NCBI RefSeq assembly: GCF_004010195.1
Contig: NC_057755.1
Coordinates: 9,738,202-9,802,201 of the forward strand
Origin: Chiloscyllium plagiosum
Lineage: Eukaryota
Direction: 5' to 3'
DNA: 64,000 nucleotides
The notes under the pieces were generated by a model. That model saw only the letters and a list, made by a program, of their open reading frames with translations. It ran no database searches and had not been told where the DNA came from. Within the stretch, counting starts at the first letter, position 1, and each line of letters starts with the position of its first letter. Both the position numbers and the translations under genes were made by a program. Of the stretch, positions 36,912-49,329 are shown piece after piece.

Positions 36912-38659
36912 CTGTGTGTCAAGTAAAGAATAGTTACAAAACACAAAATCAGTCAGACAGCAAATGTCTCGAAGTTTTGTGGCAAAATTACACAATGGCA
37001 CTATTTAAATGCACATGTATTTTGAAAATTTGATTATGCTATACCAGCACATTGGACACTGGATAGAGAGACAGAAAGTTTGGCTTGATTGCAGCATCTT
37101 CGAGTTAAGTTTTTTCAACTATCAAAGTATACTGTGGCATATGCCTTATGACGTGCAGACTAAAAGGCAAATCACATCTACCTTCCTGCTTTTATGTTCA
37201 CAACACAGTAAAGTTAAGTGATTCCATCAACACTAAACTTGACCACAATCTTTCTGCAGTAAACATTTGAATAGCTAGTGAAGAGTTTAAGTTAACTGAC
37301 ATCAGAAATATTCCACTCAAAAGTAACTCTGAACAAGTTATTAACTGGGCAGGAACTATAGCAGAGCAAAATTCAAAATAAAGGTGAGGTAATCAAAATA
37401 CTGGCTCAGATTTAAGTCTATTCCTCTTTGGTTCCAGCCCCAACTTTCACACAAAGACAAATAAGCAAATTAAATAGTTGATAATTTAAAATTAATTTAA
37501 AATATTAAAAGTGAGATAAAACCAGCCAGTTTACATCAGGGTTTTCCACAAACTGCAACATCACAGCTACATTGGATTGTGCTTTTATTGGTTTCTAATG
37601 ACATTGATGAATGCAGACAACTTCCAAAAGGGTCCAATGCATGCCAAGATAATTCTGATAACAGAGATTCTCTTTTCGAAATGAATGGCGGAATAGCCTC
37701 GTCCTGCTCCTGTTTTCTATGTTTCTACCAAATGTGTACCTGTTCACTGAGCGCATTGACCGAAGGTATCTCAGACATCCCTTTCTGCTCTGTATCCGTT
37801 CAGTCATTGGAGCTACAGATTCAGAATCACACAGCACAGAAATTCAACCTTTGGACCAATACGTCCATGCCAACAAAGTATCCAAAACTTAATTCATCCC
37901 TTCTGGCTGTGTTTGTTCCATACCCTTTCCTATTCATTTACCTGTCCAAATGTCTTTAAAATGTTAAAATTGTACCCTCCTCCACCACTTCCTCTGGCAG
38001 CTCAGTCCAGACGTGCACCACACTCTTTGTGAAAATGTTGCCCGTCAGTGCCTTTTAAATCTTTCCACACTCACTTTAAACCTATGTCCTCCAGTGTTGG
38101 AATCCCCTACCATAAGGAAACAGACCTTTGCTATTTAAATTATCAACGCCCTAATGACATGATGTACCTCTATAACGTGATCCCTCAGCCTCATACCAAA
38201 CAGGGGAAAAGGCCTAGCCTATCTAAATCCTCCTTATAACTCAAACCCTGCACTCAAACCCTGTCCTTGATTTTTTCTATGCACTCTTTTTAGTTTACAA
38301 CATCCTTCCTCAACCAGAGTGAGCAAAAATGTGGACATTATTTCAAAAGTGGCATCAACAATGCTTTGTACAGTTGAAACTTGTCTACCCAACTCCTATA
38401 CTCAGTGCTCTGCCCAGTGAAGGCAAATGTTACAAATGGCTTTGGACACCATCTAGTCCATGTGCAACATCTCTTTCAAGGAACTATGTATGTGCATCCC
38501 TCGGTCCCTCGATCCAACAAGACTTCCTATAGTCCTACCATTAACTGTACATGTCCTGCTTCGGTTTGCCTTACCAAAATGCAACACCTTGTAGTTATCT
38601 TAAATAACCTTCATTTGCCACTTCTCTTCCCAGTGAACAAGTTCAAAACCTCTTTGGAA

Positions 38660-38955
38660 TTTAGATTAGATTTCTTACAGTATGGAAACAGGTCCTTCAG
38701 TCCAACAAATTTACATTGACCCTCCGAGGAGGAACCCACCCAGACCCATTTCCCCGACTGATACACCTAATACTAAGGGCAATTTAGCATTCTCCTGAAC
38801 TGCACATCTTAGGATTGTGTGAGAAAACCAGAGCACCCGGAGGAAACCTACACAGACACTGGGAGAATGTGCAAACTCTACACAGACAGGGAATTCAACC
38901 TGGTCCCTGGCGCTGTGAGGCAGCAGTGCTAACCACTGAGACACCATGCCGCCCT
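38660..38955 (-). mobile_element. HE1-like SINE
   Basis: Reverse complement of the SINE body, with an attagatt tail. Confidence 0.85.
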
Positions 38956-39070
38956 ATTTAAACTTCTTCACTCTTCCCTCTACTACCAGTTTTAGTGTCA
39001 TCTGCAAATTTACTAATCATATCTCCAATATTCTCAGACAAATTGTTGAAATAAATTTACAAACAGAAAA

Positions 39071-39395
39071 GGGCGGCACGGTGGAACAGTGGTTAGCACT
39101 GCTGCCTCACAGTGCCTGAGACCTGGATTCAATTCCCGCCTCAGGCGACTGACTGTGTGGAGTTTGCACATTCTCCCTATGTCTGCGTGGGTTTCCTCCG
39201 GGTGCTCCGGTTTCCTCCGACAGTCCAAAGATGTGCAGGTCAGGTGAATTGGCCATGCTAAATTGCCGTAGTGTTAGGTAAGGGGTAAATGTAGAGATAT
39301 GGGTGGGTTGCGCTTCGGCGGGTCGGTGTGGACTTGTTGGGCCGAAATGCCTGTTTCCACACTGTAATGTAATCTAATCTAATCTAATCTAATCT
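39071..39395 (+). mobile_element. Full-length HE1-like tRNA-derived SINE
   Basis: GGGCGGCACGGTGG..AGTGGTTAG (A box), GATTCAATTCCC (B box), conserved core, (TAATC)n tail. Confidence 0.9.
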
Positions 39396-39501
39396 GTAAA
39401 AAAAAAAATGGACCCAAAACTGATCCTTGCAGCACACTACTGGTCACAGGCTTCCAGTCCAAATAACTATCTCCACCGCCACCTCCATGTTGTTGACATG
39501 C

Positions 39502-39571
39502 CAGGAATGGCAAAGGCTGCAAGAATCGGGTAATGAATTATCCTGATCTGGAGAATTATTGGTTGTGCCAT
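39502..39571 (-). pseudogene. GPR139-like: GPR139-like pseudogene, first coding exon (MAQPIILQIRIIHYPILAAFAIP)
   Basis: 23 codons + 1 nt join in phase 1 to the exon at 36911 (IP|ANLL), matching the family YYPxLAxxGxP|xN TM1 motif. Donor reads G|GCATGT; upstream acceptor tattccag at 39586. Confidence 0.8.
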
Positions 39572-40289
39572 TTTCAGAAGAACGTCTGGAATATATACAG
39601 ATTGAGATCTTCACTTTGAAAGGGCAGTGAATGTTCACGTTTTAATCGAGCAATGTGTTCCTGTTGAGAACAAGATAAACATAATGCAACATTATCATAG
39701 TCGTATTTTCTGAAGCGATTGTAGCTGCTCCATTTCACCGACCTTTTCCATGAGGAAATGACACAGCTGAGTAACAGAGAAACCTGCCACGAAAGAGAAC
39801 AAATGGAATAACATTACAGAATGAAAATGATTGGCACATACCAAAAAGAACAGGAACTTCTCATTGTACTCAGTTACTGTGTTGGCTTTCTTCCTTTTCT
39901 AATGATTATGTTCAATCTTAAAGCATATTTTGTAAAAGTTGTTGATTTTACAATCCTACAAGACGACTGAAGATCTGAAGGTGATCTAATTGAGCTGGAA
40001 AGGATTCTTAGGAGCTTGGCAGAATAAATGCTGAGAGGATTTTTCGCTTCATTGGACAATCTCAGGACAAATGGGGACATGCACACAGTCACAGTCTCTC
40101 CTGTTCACAGTCAGAAACATAATCATACACGCGCGCGCGCGTACACACACACACATATATGCACACAGAAATACAGACACACTTAATGCAAATATGGAAA
40201 ATAAGAATGATAGAGACAGAGGTATATCTGGGAGTCACACTGAAGCAGCAACCTCAGCAATTATCCCCATGATCTGCCCAGTCCTCTAT

Positions 40290-40690
40290 GTCAGGGGGGT
40301 TATGTTCAGACAATCTTTGGTGATAGTGTGGGATCAACGATCAATATTTTCAAACTGTATTGATGTCACAATCTCTCTTGCTTTTCCCTATTTATAATGT
40401 CAATGTCAGTGCTATGCTAACAAAATGACTGCCATCAACAAACCTACAATGTCTGCCAGACTCCGTTGGATATGGAATTCTGTCAGCAAGGAAGAAGGGG
40501 AAAAGTGTCAAAAGCCATTTCCATTCATAGATGTATGAAATTGAGACAACTCTTGAAGGTGATGAAATGCAAATTCCAGAACATGTTTATATAGAGACAA
40601 TGTCACATTCCAGCAATGCCTGCCTTACTTTCTGAGCTCCGAATATCTGACAGACTCAAATATACATAACCTGAAACAGCTCAGCCATTG
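40290..40690 (-). promoter_or_regulatory. Putative TATA promoter region upstream of the minus-strand GPR139-like gene
   Basis: TATAAATA on the minus strand at 40396-40389, about 0.8 kb upstream of the ATG exon. A homologous block lies at 47214-47590. Confidence 0.4.
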
Positions 40691-43609
40691 AATTGTAGAT
40701 GTGCAGACATGGTCAGAAACTGCCAGATTGAGAATCCTGTGTGGTTAGGCCCTATCCCAAAATCAAGTGTTGATCAAATCCCAGACTGACCTGCTGTGTG
40801 TTCAAATTGTGTGTTGTCTACAAATAAAGTAAAATAATGCATCTGCAAATGCGAACGAAAAGAGAAAGACACAAAGAAAAACAGAGAGAGACGGGCGATA
40901 GGAGATAGACACGGGGGGTGGAGGGTGGAGGGGGGAGACAGGGAGACATAGGGAAAAGAGAGCGAGAGAAACCAGGGGAAGAGAAACAGACCCAGGAGAA
41001 AAACAGACAGACATGAGCGAAAAGCTCATTACCACTTTCTCAAGGGGGCAGCTAGTGATATTGGGATGATAAGAGAGGGTAAAGGTAAGAGAGCACAATT
41101 AACTCTGACCCTGGTCCAACAAAGGAAAGCAATTTGAAATAAAATGGAGTGGTGTACAGGCTTCCTGTTGTAGTACTGAGCTTTGCAAATGAGTTGGTCA
41201 CGAAAATGGAACTGATCGTCACATTTGGTAAGTTGGTGAAAATATGGTTTGCTTCCATGATAAATTGGAAACAGAATGAGTCTTTCTTCAATATCAATTT
41301 TAATTAAATTCCAGTGAAAATTCCGAAGCAATATGTCCTGACGCCATGAAAGGACAGACTATTGTAAACTCAAATTGTACTCGCTTCACAATGAAAGGTC
41401 AAGGGATTGCAGTTTGGCAGAGATCTGAATAAAATTGCATTCAATGTTTGCACTGAAGACAACAAGTAGTGTACAGTTCCCAAAATTTTACATTTTGATG
41501 AAGTGCGCTGTAATGAGAAGGAAAAAAGAGCCATAAGTAGCAATGTAAACCAAATAGCATTTGGATATAATTACAGGCTAAAAGGAGGATATCTTCAATT
41601 GAACGTTAGTTCAATTCAGCATTCTTTATATGTCCAAACACAATGTGAACCACTTGTAAACTCAAACAAATCATGCCCCAGGACATGATTCTTAAACGGT
41701 AAGAAATCTAAGGGAATCGGTATAAACAGAAGATAATAAAACATCACAGACTTCCTGGTAGTAGTATTGAAGTGCCCAAATGGATTAGTGAAGAAAATAA
41801 AACTGATCATTGCATTATTTATTTCATTTATATTGACAATTTGTGCTGGTGGTTTATCCACAAAGTGCTTCAGGAGGGAGAATTTTGACCCAGCCATACT
41901 AAAGCAGCAGCAATGACTTGAGGGGATTTCGCAGGGTGTGGTGTTTCTGTGTATCTGCTACCCTTGTCCTTCCATGTGCAAGTGCTTGTAGGTTTGGAAG
42001 GTGGGATTTATGAAACTTGGTGAATTTCTGCGGTGCATCTTGGAGGTAGTGCACACTGCTGCTGATGGGAAATTACCTTCTCACCACAGCTTGCTTTATC
42101 AAAATATAAAATGGTAGTAACTGGGTATTGCTTCTTCTTCACAAAGCAATGATTTAGTCCAGTATTATTATGATCTCTGTCAGACTGAAGCCTCCTTGCT
42201 CTTTCACAATGAAGTCTGGTTGACTGCTTAGTGTCACGCTCACAACAGTTTGCCCTCTAGTGTCTTCAGAGCATATTGCTTCAGAAATATCCCTGGAATT
42301 TTGTCACAGAATAAGAAAAGAATCTGACTCTTTCGACTGTCAAGCTATCATGGAAGGTAAGAGTACTTATTTCAGTCGTGTGTATGATGAAATGTTCTGT
42401 TTGATTTTCTTAATTTATTCGGGCACTTCAATACTGCTATCAGCAAACCGCATTCAATATATTTCAAATGCCATTATTGAGTATGAATCAGAGTCAGACT
42501 TCATGTGTTCCTTTCTCTATGTTCACACTTACTAATGTTGAAATGGCACTTCCAATCAATAAGACTTTTACCTTTGCAGTTCCTTTTCTTTCTGAAGATC
42601 ACACAAACAAATTTACTCTGTATTTATTCACTTGTTGGACATCAGCAACACCGACTGCACCCACATGGTGCAGCCATCTCTGGTTACCCCTTGAGAAGGA
42701 GGTGGTGAGCTGCCTTCTCGAATTGCTGCAGTCCATCTGCTGTAGGTATACCACAATGCCCTGAGGGAGGGAATTGCAGGATTTTGTCCCAGCAACAGCA
42801 AAAGGGTCAGCAATATATTTCCAAGTTAGAATTGTAAGTGAGTCGGAGGGGAACTTAGTGTTCCCAAGTATTTGTTAACCTTCCCCTTCTAGGTAGAAGC
42901 GGCTGTCTGTTTGGAAGGTGCCATCTGAGGAGCCTTGGTGAATTTTGGCGTGTACCTTGGAGATAATATGCACTGCTGTGAATGGGAAATTGAATCCAAC
43001 CACATGTTTCTCTCTCTGTTCATAATAAATAAAACGCTGCAATCGGCTAACATCTCTCTCTTACGATTACATAAATTTAATTCAGACTGTTCTATTTTAA
43101 CCATCCTCCTGTCCTTCAGATCTGCAGTTATCTTAACATGTTTCTATTATGTTTCTGATTACTTCGTGTTATTCACGTTGTAGCACAGCTGTAACAGAAA
43201 TGGTCTGAACAGCCACCTACAGAGATTGGAAGAGCATCGTCCTGGTCTCTGAGGGACTGCCAAGCCTAAGGATGGATTTGTGTCAGAATGCTGTGATGGA
43301 CACAATTAAAGAATTGTTCCCGACGTGCCCATGTGTTTCAGGCACACGCCCTCTCTCACTCTGCTTGACGTCAGCTACCTCGCAGCCACATAATAGGAAG
43401 ACTCTCCCTTAGTCTGACTACTGCTAACCAGCTTAAAAAATGAGAAGCAGGAATTCCAGTAAAACCAAGAATCTAAAAAAAGCTCAACAGTTCAATGACC
43501 TGTCTCATCACTACCATTAAGTGCTATTTCAACATCCGCTCAATTCTTCAGGAACAGTTCCGAGACTGATCCAATTTTTTATTATTTTTTTTACTGTTTT
43601 GAAAAGTGC

Positions 43610-44645
43610 AAGTGTGAGAGTGTGTGACTGTGACTCTGTGTGTGTGTGTGTGTGAGAGACTGTGCGTGTGATTATGTATGTGTGCAAGATGGTTTGAGTG
43701 AGAGACTGTGAGAGAAACAGTGTGTGTGATTGCGTGCATCTCTGTGTGTATGAGAGAGATCGCATGTCTGCATTTGCGTATGTCTATGGGACAGACTCTT
43801 TCTGTTTCTGTGTGAGATGTGTCTGTATGTGTGTATGTGAGACAGTGTGTGTGTGTGTGTGTCTGTCTGTGTGCAAGACTGTGTATGTATGCATCTGCAT
43901 GTGTCTGAATATCTCTGTGTGTCTGTATGTGGGTCACTGTATGTGTGCATGTAAGTATATCTGTGTGTGGGAAAGACTGTGTATTTGAGATTTTGTGTTT
44001 GTCTGTGTGTGTGGGAGACTTTGTATGAGACTGCGTGTGTGTGTGTGTGTCTGCCTGTCTGTCTGTATTTTTGCCTGAGTGTCTGTGTTTATGTGTATGT
44101 CTCTGCTTGTGGGAGTGTGTATGTGTTTATGTTTGTTTGTGAGAGATGGTGTATGTTCATGTGCGTGTGAGACAGCGTGTGTGTATGTGAGGCCCTTTGT
44201 GTGTTTGTGTGTGATAGTATGTGCTTCAGTGTCTGTGTCTGTGCATGTGTAAGACTACGTGCATTGTGTGAGAGAGTGTGTGAATGTATGTGTGCATGTA
44301 TATATTTGTGTATGTGCCTGTGTGCATGTACTTAAAACACAAATTCCTCTTGTGTTTTATGTTAGTCCAGTGATATATACTGTGTCTCTCACACATTCAC
44401 ATAAACACACACTCATTCCCATATGCAAAGACATGCACATACACACAGTCATTCAAACAAAAATACACTCACACATCGACACACATCTACACAGACACAC
44501 ACAGACACATATACACACACAAATACAGTTTCACACAAAGTCTCGCACACACAAAATGTCACATACACACAGCCTTTCTCACTCACATAGACAAACATAT
44601 ATGCGCACACACAGTATCCCACACGCAGAGACACATGCAGATACA
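43610..44645. repeat. Degenerate (GT)n then (CA)n low-complexity tract; similar tracts at 3345-3515, 4340-4605, 19580-19910, 48135-48485
   Basis: Direct inspection of the sequence. Confidence 0.9.
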
Positions 44646-46010
44646 TGTTGATTGTTGTGCAGTGCCCGTTCATCCGTTGTCATAGCAGGAGTGTTCTCTC
44701 CCAGTTGGGGAACACTTCAGTGGTCCAGGACATTCAGCCTCGGACCTTCAGGTGACCATCCTCCAAGGTGAACTTCGGGACAAGCAGCAGAGAAAAGTGG
44801 CCGAGCAGAGGCTGATAGCTAAGTTCGGTACCCATAGGGAGGGCCTCAACCAGGACCTTGGGTTCATGTCACATTACAGGTGATCACCATTGCACTATAC
44901 ACACACACAGACACTCCGACACACACACTCTCTCTCTCACACATCCTAACACACAGGATTTATAGCAAAAATTTACAGTGTGATGTAACTGAAATTATAC
45001 ATTTAAAAATTGATTGTCTGTTAAGCCTTTCATCTGTTAGAAAAATGTGATATTTTCACTTCTTTTATGTGTAAATCACAGAACCTTTTTTAAAAAGTTG
45101 CATTTTCGGGTTAGCTGTTAACAATGGTGAAAGCGAGACAATATGTTGAAGGTGTTGCCCCCCTCTGTTCTCTGTATATGCCATGATATTTAGATTGATT
45201 CGAATCTAAAAAGTGAGATAATGGAGTTCTACATGAATGCATGTAGTTTCTGAACAAATTACAAAGTAACTCTGCAAGTACAAATTCACCCCACAAAATA
45301 TATGTGTGCATGTGGGTCTTTGTCTGTCTGTGTGTGTGTGTGTGTGTGCCTGTCTGGGTTGGGGGTTGTGATTGTGAGAAAGTGTATGTGTGCGTAGTGA
45401 GTACAGAGTGTCTTAAGTCTGTGAGGGGATGCATGTGAGAGTGTGGGAGTGTGGGAGTGTGTGTGTCTGTGAGTATCTGTGTGCGCATCTGTGTCTGTGG
45501 GTATGTGTGTCCGTGTGTATGTGTCCATGTGTGTATAGGAGTGCCTGTGTGTGTGTATAGTGCAATGGTGGTTACCTGTAATGTGAACTCCATTATCTCA
45601 CTTTTTAGATTCGAATCAATCTAAATATCATGGCATATACAGAGAACAGAGGGGGGCAACACCTTCAACATATTGTCTCGCTTTCACCATTGTTAACAGC
45701 TAACCCGAAAATGCAACTTTTTAAAAAAGGTTCTGTGATTTACACATGAAAGAAGTGAAAATATCACATTTTTCTAACAGATGAAAGGCTTAACAGACAA
45801 TCAATTTTTAAATGTATAATTTCAGTTACATCACACTGTAAATTTTTGCTATAAATCCTGTGTGTTAGGATTGAGTCCTCCACTACCACCTGATGAAGGA
45901 GCATCGCTCCGAAAGCTAGTGTGCTTCCAATTAAACCTGTTCGACGATAACCTGGTGTTATGTGATTTATAACTTTGTACACCCTAGTCCAACACCGGCT
46001 TCTCCAAATC
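44645..46010 (+). mobile_element. Second-family Penelope-like element 3' region with internal inverted duplication
   Basis: Endonuclease C-terminus EHFSGPGHSASDLQVTILQG..AEQRLIAKFGTHREGLNQDLGFMSHYR*, CA-rich UTR, and an HHR motif at 45887-45921. Confidence 0.8.
45887..45921 (+). ncRNA. Minimal hammerhead ribozyme motif of the second PLE family
   Basis: CAC-CTGATGA-A-GGAGC(ATC)GCTCC-GAAA-GCTA-GTG. Stem I is CAC/GTG and the stem III region contains the palindrome AGCT. Confidence 0.75.
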
Positions 46011-46011
46011 A

Positions 46012-46672
46012 GGGCCGGATTTACATAGTTAATGGTAGTGCCCTGGGGAGTGTTGTCAAACAGAGAGGATGAGGAATGCAGGGACATAATTCCTTGAAAG
46101 TGTTGCCACAGGAGGGAGGTGAAGAAGGCCTTTGGCACGCTTGCATTGATTGGTCAGAGCAATGAGTCCAGGAGTTGGGATGTCATGTTAGGACTGTACA
46201 AGACATTGGTGAGGCCACATTGGAGCTCTGCATACCATCCTGTTCACCCTGCTATGGGAAGGATGATATTAAACTGCAAACGGTATGAAATAGATTTACA
46301 AGGATGTTACCAAGACTTAAAGACTTGACTTCTCAGGAGAGGCTGGGACCTTTTTCCCTGGAACAGAGGAGGCTGAGTGATGAGTTTACCAAGGGATATA
46401 ACATCACGGAGGGCATACATTTAAGGTCAGAGGAGAAAAATGTAAAAAACACTTGAGGGGATCTTTTTAACACAGAGCGTGGTGCGTATATGGAAGGAGC
46501 TGCCAAAGGAAGTGATAGAGGCAAGTACAATCCCAACATTTAAGAGACCTCAGGATAGGTGTGAGGATAGGAAAAGTACAAATGGGACTGGCTCAGTTTT
46601 CGAAAACTGGTCAGCATGGATCAGTTGGGCCAAAGGGTTGGTTTCCATGCTGCATGGCTCTATAATTTCTAT
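46012..46672 (+). mobile_element. CR1 LINE 3' fragment
   Basis: KKAFGTLALIGQS..LYKTLVRPH motif and 3' tail. Confidence 0.82.
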
Positions 46673-46681
46673 CATCTCAAA

Positions 46682-47045
46682 AACCCACTCCCGGGTAACT
46701 GTTGTACCACATTAAAAAAAAACACCTTCAACTCCTCAATTAGATTCCAGTGTGTAACACACATCTGGGCATCTGCCACTCTTTGTATAAGCCATCTGCT
46801 ACCTCTCGATTATATTCCAATCTGTAAGTCACTCCTAGCTTGCTATTAGTCTACTGGTAAACCACTCAAGTACCTTGATCAGAATCCTGACTGTAACTCT
46901 CTTCTGACGCTCTGTTGTTCCATATATAGTTACCTGTCTGTAACTCAATCCCTGGTATCTGATATTCTGTATGTCAATCCCCACTGAATCCTGGATTAGA
47001 TTCCAGTCAGTAACTCAGACTTGGGTATCTGTTAAAAACCTTCTG
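46682..47045. repeat. Degenerate ~65-70-bp satellite, continuing at 47590-47850
   Basis: Recurring TAGATTCCAGTCTGTAACTCACTCCCGGGTATCTGTTA..AAACCAC..AACCCCTCGAT. Confidence 0.75.
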
Positions 47046-48534
47046 AACACATATTGAGTGGAAGAGTGAGTGAGAACCAGAGTGAGATGGCCTAAGTGAT
47101 GTATGAGCCAGAGTCAGTGTGCACATGCTTGCGTGTGAGTGAGAGAGAGTTAGGCATTCCATCAAGGAATCATTGACACTGAAACTCGACAAAAAAAGGC
47201 ACGGTGTTTTGGTGTGGGACCAATATTCACTACTTTCAAACTGTTTTGGTGTTGCCAGTCTGTCTTGCTATTTCCTATTTATTCCATCAGTCAGTGCTAT
47301 GCTAGTATAAAATGGTGGTTGAGAACAAATCTAAAATGTCTGCCTGAGTCACTTGGGTCTGGAATTCTGTCAGCAAGGGCAAGGAGGGAATATGTCAAAA
47401 GTCATTTCCATTCATGGATCCTTGCAGAGGTAGGAAATGGAGACAGTCCTTTGAAGGAGATTAAAATGCAAATTCCAGAACCTGTGTACAGTGAATGCAG
47501 AGAGACAATGTCACATTCCAGCAATATCTGCTTTACTTTCCAAATATGTAAGAGACTCAAATTTACAAAGACTGAGTCAGCTATCTGTGACTCTATATCC
47601 AAACCGCCCCGAATCAGTCGATAGGATTCCAATGTGTAACTCACTCCCACGTATCCGTGACTATGTATATACACCACTTCAAACCCCTTGATTGGATTCT
47701 AGTCTTTAACTCATTCGCCATTATTCCATATATAAACCACACATCCCTCAGTTAGATTCTAGTCTGTAACTCACTCCCGGGTATCTGTTATTTGACATAA
47801 AAACACTTCAAACACCTCGATTAGATTTCAATGTTTGACCCACTCACTTGCCATCTCTACCTCCAAATATTCTTCTCTCAAACCCTATCCCTTGGTCAGT
47901 GTGTTTGCATCTGTTTCTCTCTCCACTCCCAAAATATCTGCCAATCCCACATCCATCCATGAGCTTTTATGAGTTGGTTCATGGTATCCATGTCCTCTGC
48001 ACAATCCCAATAAGGCTTCCTCACTTCTCATGTCCCATCCCCTGGGAATAACTGAAAGATAATCAGGTGTCCTCGGAATATATAAATACCAGATTAAACA
48101 TACAAATGACGAAATGATATGGGGCCTTAGCGACTCTCACTCTCTCTCTCTCTCTCTCACACACACACAAAGTCACTTGCACACACACACATACACAGTC
48201 ACAGCACACACATACGATTCCTCTCACTCTTTTTCTCATACACACAATCAGACACAGTCACTTGCACACACACACACACATATACACACATGGTCATACC
48301 ACACAAACATGATCCGTCTCTCTCTTTCACATATAATCACACACACAAGCATGCGTGCACACACACACATACAGACACACAGAGTAATTCTCACACATGT
48401 TTTCACATACGCACACTCAGACATGTGCGCTTATGAGAGAGTGTGTGCAAGAGAAATTGTGGGAGTGTGAGAGAGTGAGTGTGATCATCGATCTCAATTT
48501 CGAAATCCCCATCATGTCCCTGGGATCACTTAGG

Positions 48535-48697
48535 CAGGTCAGGTTAATTGGCCATGCTAAATTGCCATAGTGTAAGGTGCATTAGTTAGGAGTAAGTGTA
48601 GGGAAATGGGTCTGGGTGAGTTACTCTTTGGGAGGGTAGGTGTGGACTTGTTGGGCCAAATGGCCTGTTTCCACATTGTAGGGAATCTAACCTAATC
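48535..48697 (+). mobile_element. HE1-like SINE 3' half
   Basis: attggccatgctaaattgcc..ttgggccaaatggcctgtttcc..atctaa. Confidence 0.8.
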
Positions 48698-49329
48698 AAA
48701 CAAAACCAAGATTATGTATGAGAGAGACAGAGATTGTGTATGGAAGTGAACAATAGTGAGATGGTGTATGAAAGAGAGAGAGAGAGAGAGAGAGATTGTG
48801 TATGAGAGAGAGATAGTGAGATTGTACATGAGAGAGACTCACCTTCTCCCTGACACTGAGGGGTTCCTGTATCACACACCAGAATGAAATCAGATGCTGT
48901 GTTTGGGAGCAGGACATGGCCCATGGACTTAGGACATCTGTTCATGTCGATATTCAGAACCAGGAATTGAGCAGAGAATGACAACAGAACAGAGAGAATC
49001 AAACAAAGATATTGGTGTTGAATTTGTGGAAGAGTTCAGTTCCTGTAGAGAATGTTGAGCCAATGATACATTGACACTGATGTACCACGGTCGAGAGTTT
49101 AGGACTATGTCTTTGTTTGTGTCTGTGTGTGAGACAGATTGTTTAAACTGAGTTTAACCCTGTGTTGCTGCTTAGGTAATGCCTGTCCTTCACACTTTTC
49201 ACTGTGACATCATCCAGAAATACACACAGTATTCTAAAGCTTGCCTAACCAAAGTCTTCTACAGCTGCAACATGATCTCTCAAATACTATTCTCAATTCT
49301 CTGACAATAGAGGAAAGCATACCAAATGC

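Larger units (their letters stand above)
37822..39485 (-). mobile_element. CR1 LINE fragment with two nested SINEs, inside the GPCR intron
   Basis: Reverse-complement CR1 3' end and RT, interrupted at ~38660-38955 and 39071-39395. Confidence 0.8.

Noticed and set aside
37583..37837. Minus-strand 80-aa ORF with acceptor-like AG and a downstream AATAAA
   Set aside because: Its middle (~37680-37730) is a CR1 3'UTR tail and it has no recognisable protein similarity.
39071..39145. Possible tRNA gene
   Set aside because: The A/B boxes belong to a SINE head; there is no cloverleaf and it continues into the SINE body and tail.
41140..41235. Possible + strand exon ending TTTG|GTAAGT
   Set aside because: No convincing acceptor, start codon or partner exon.
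43529..45593. His/Thr- and Cys/Val-rich ORFs
   Set aside because: Translations of (CA)n/(GT)n low-complexity DNA.
47214..47624. 136-aa ORF
   Set aside because: The homologous copy at 40290-40690 has stops and indels in this frame, so the block is treated as non-coding.
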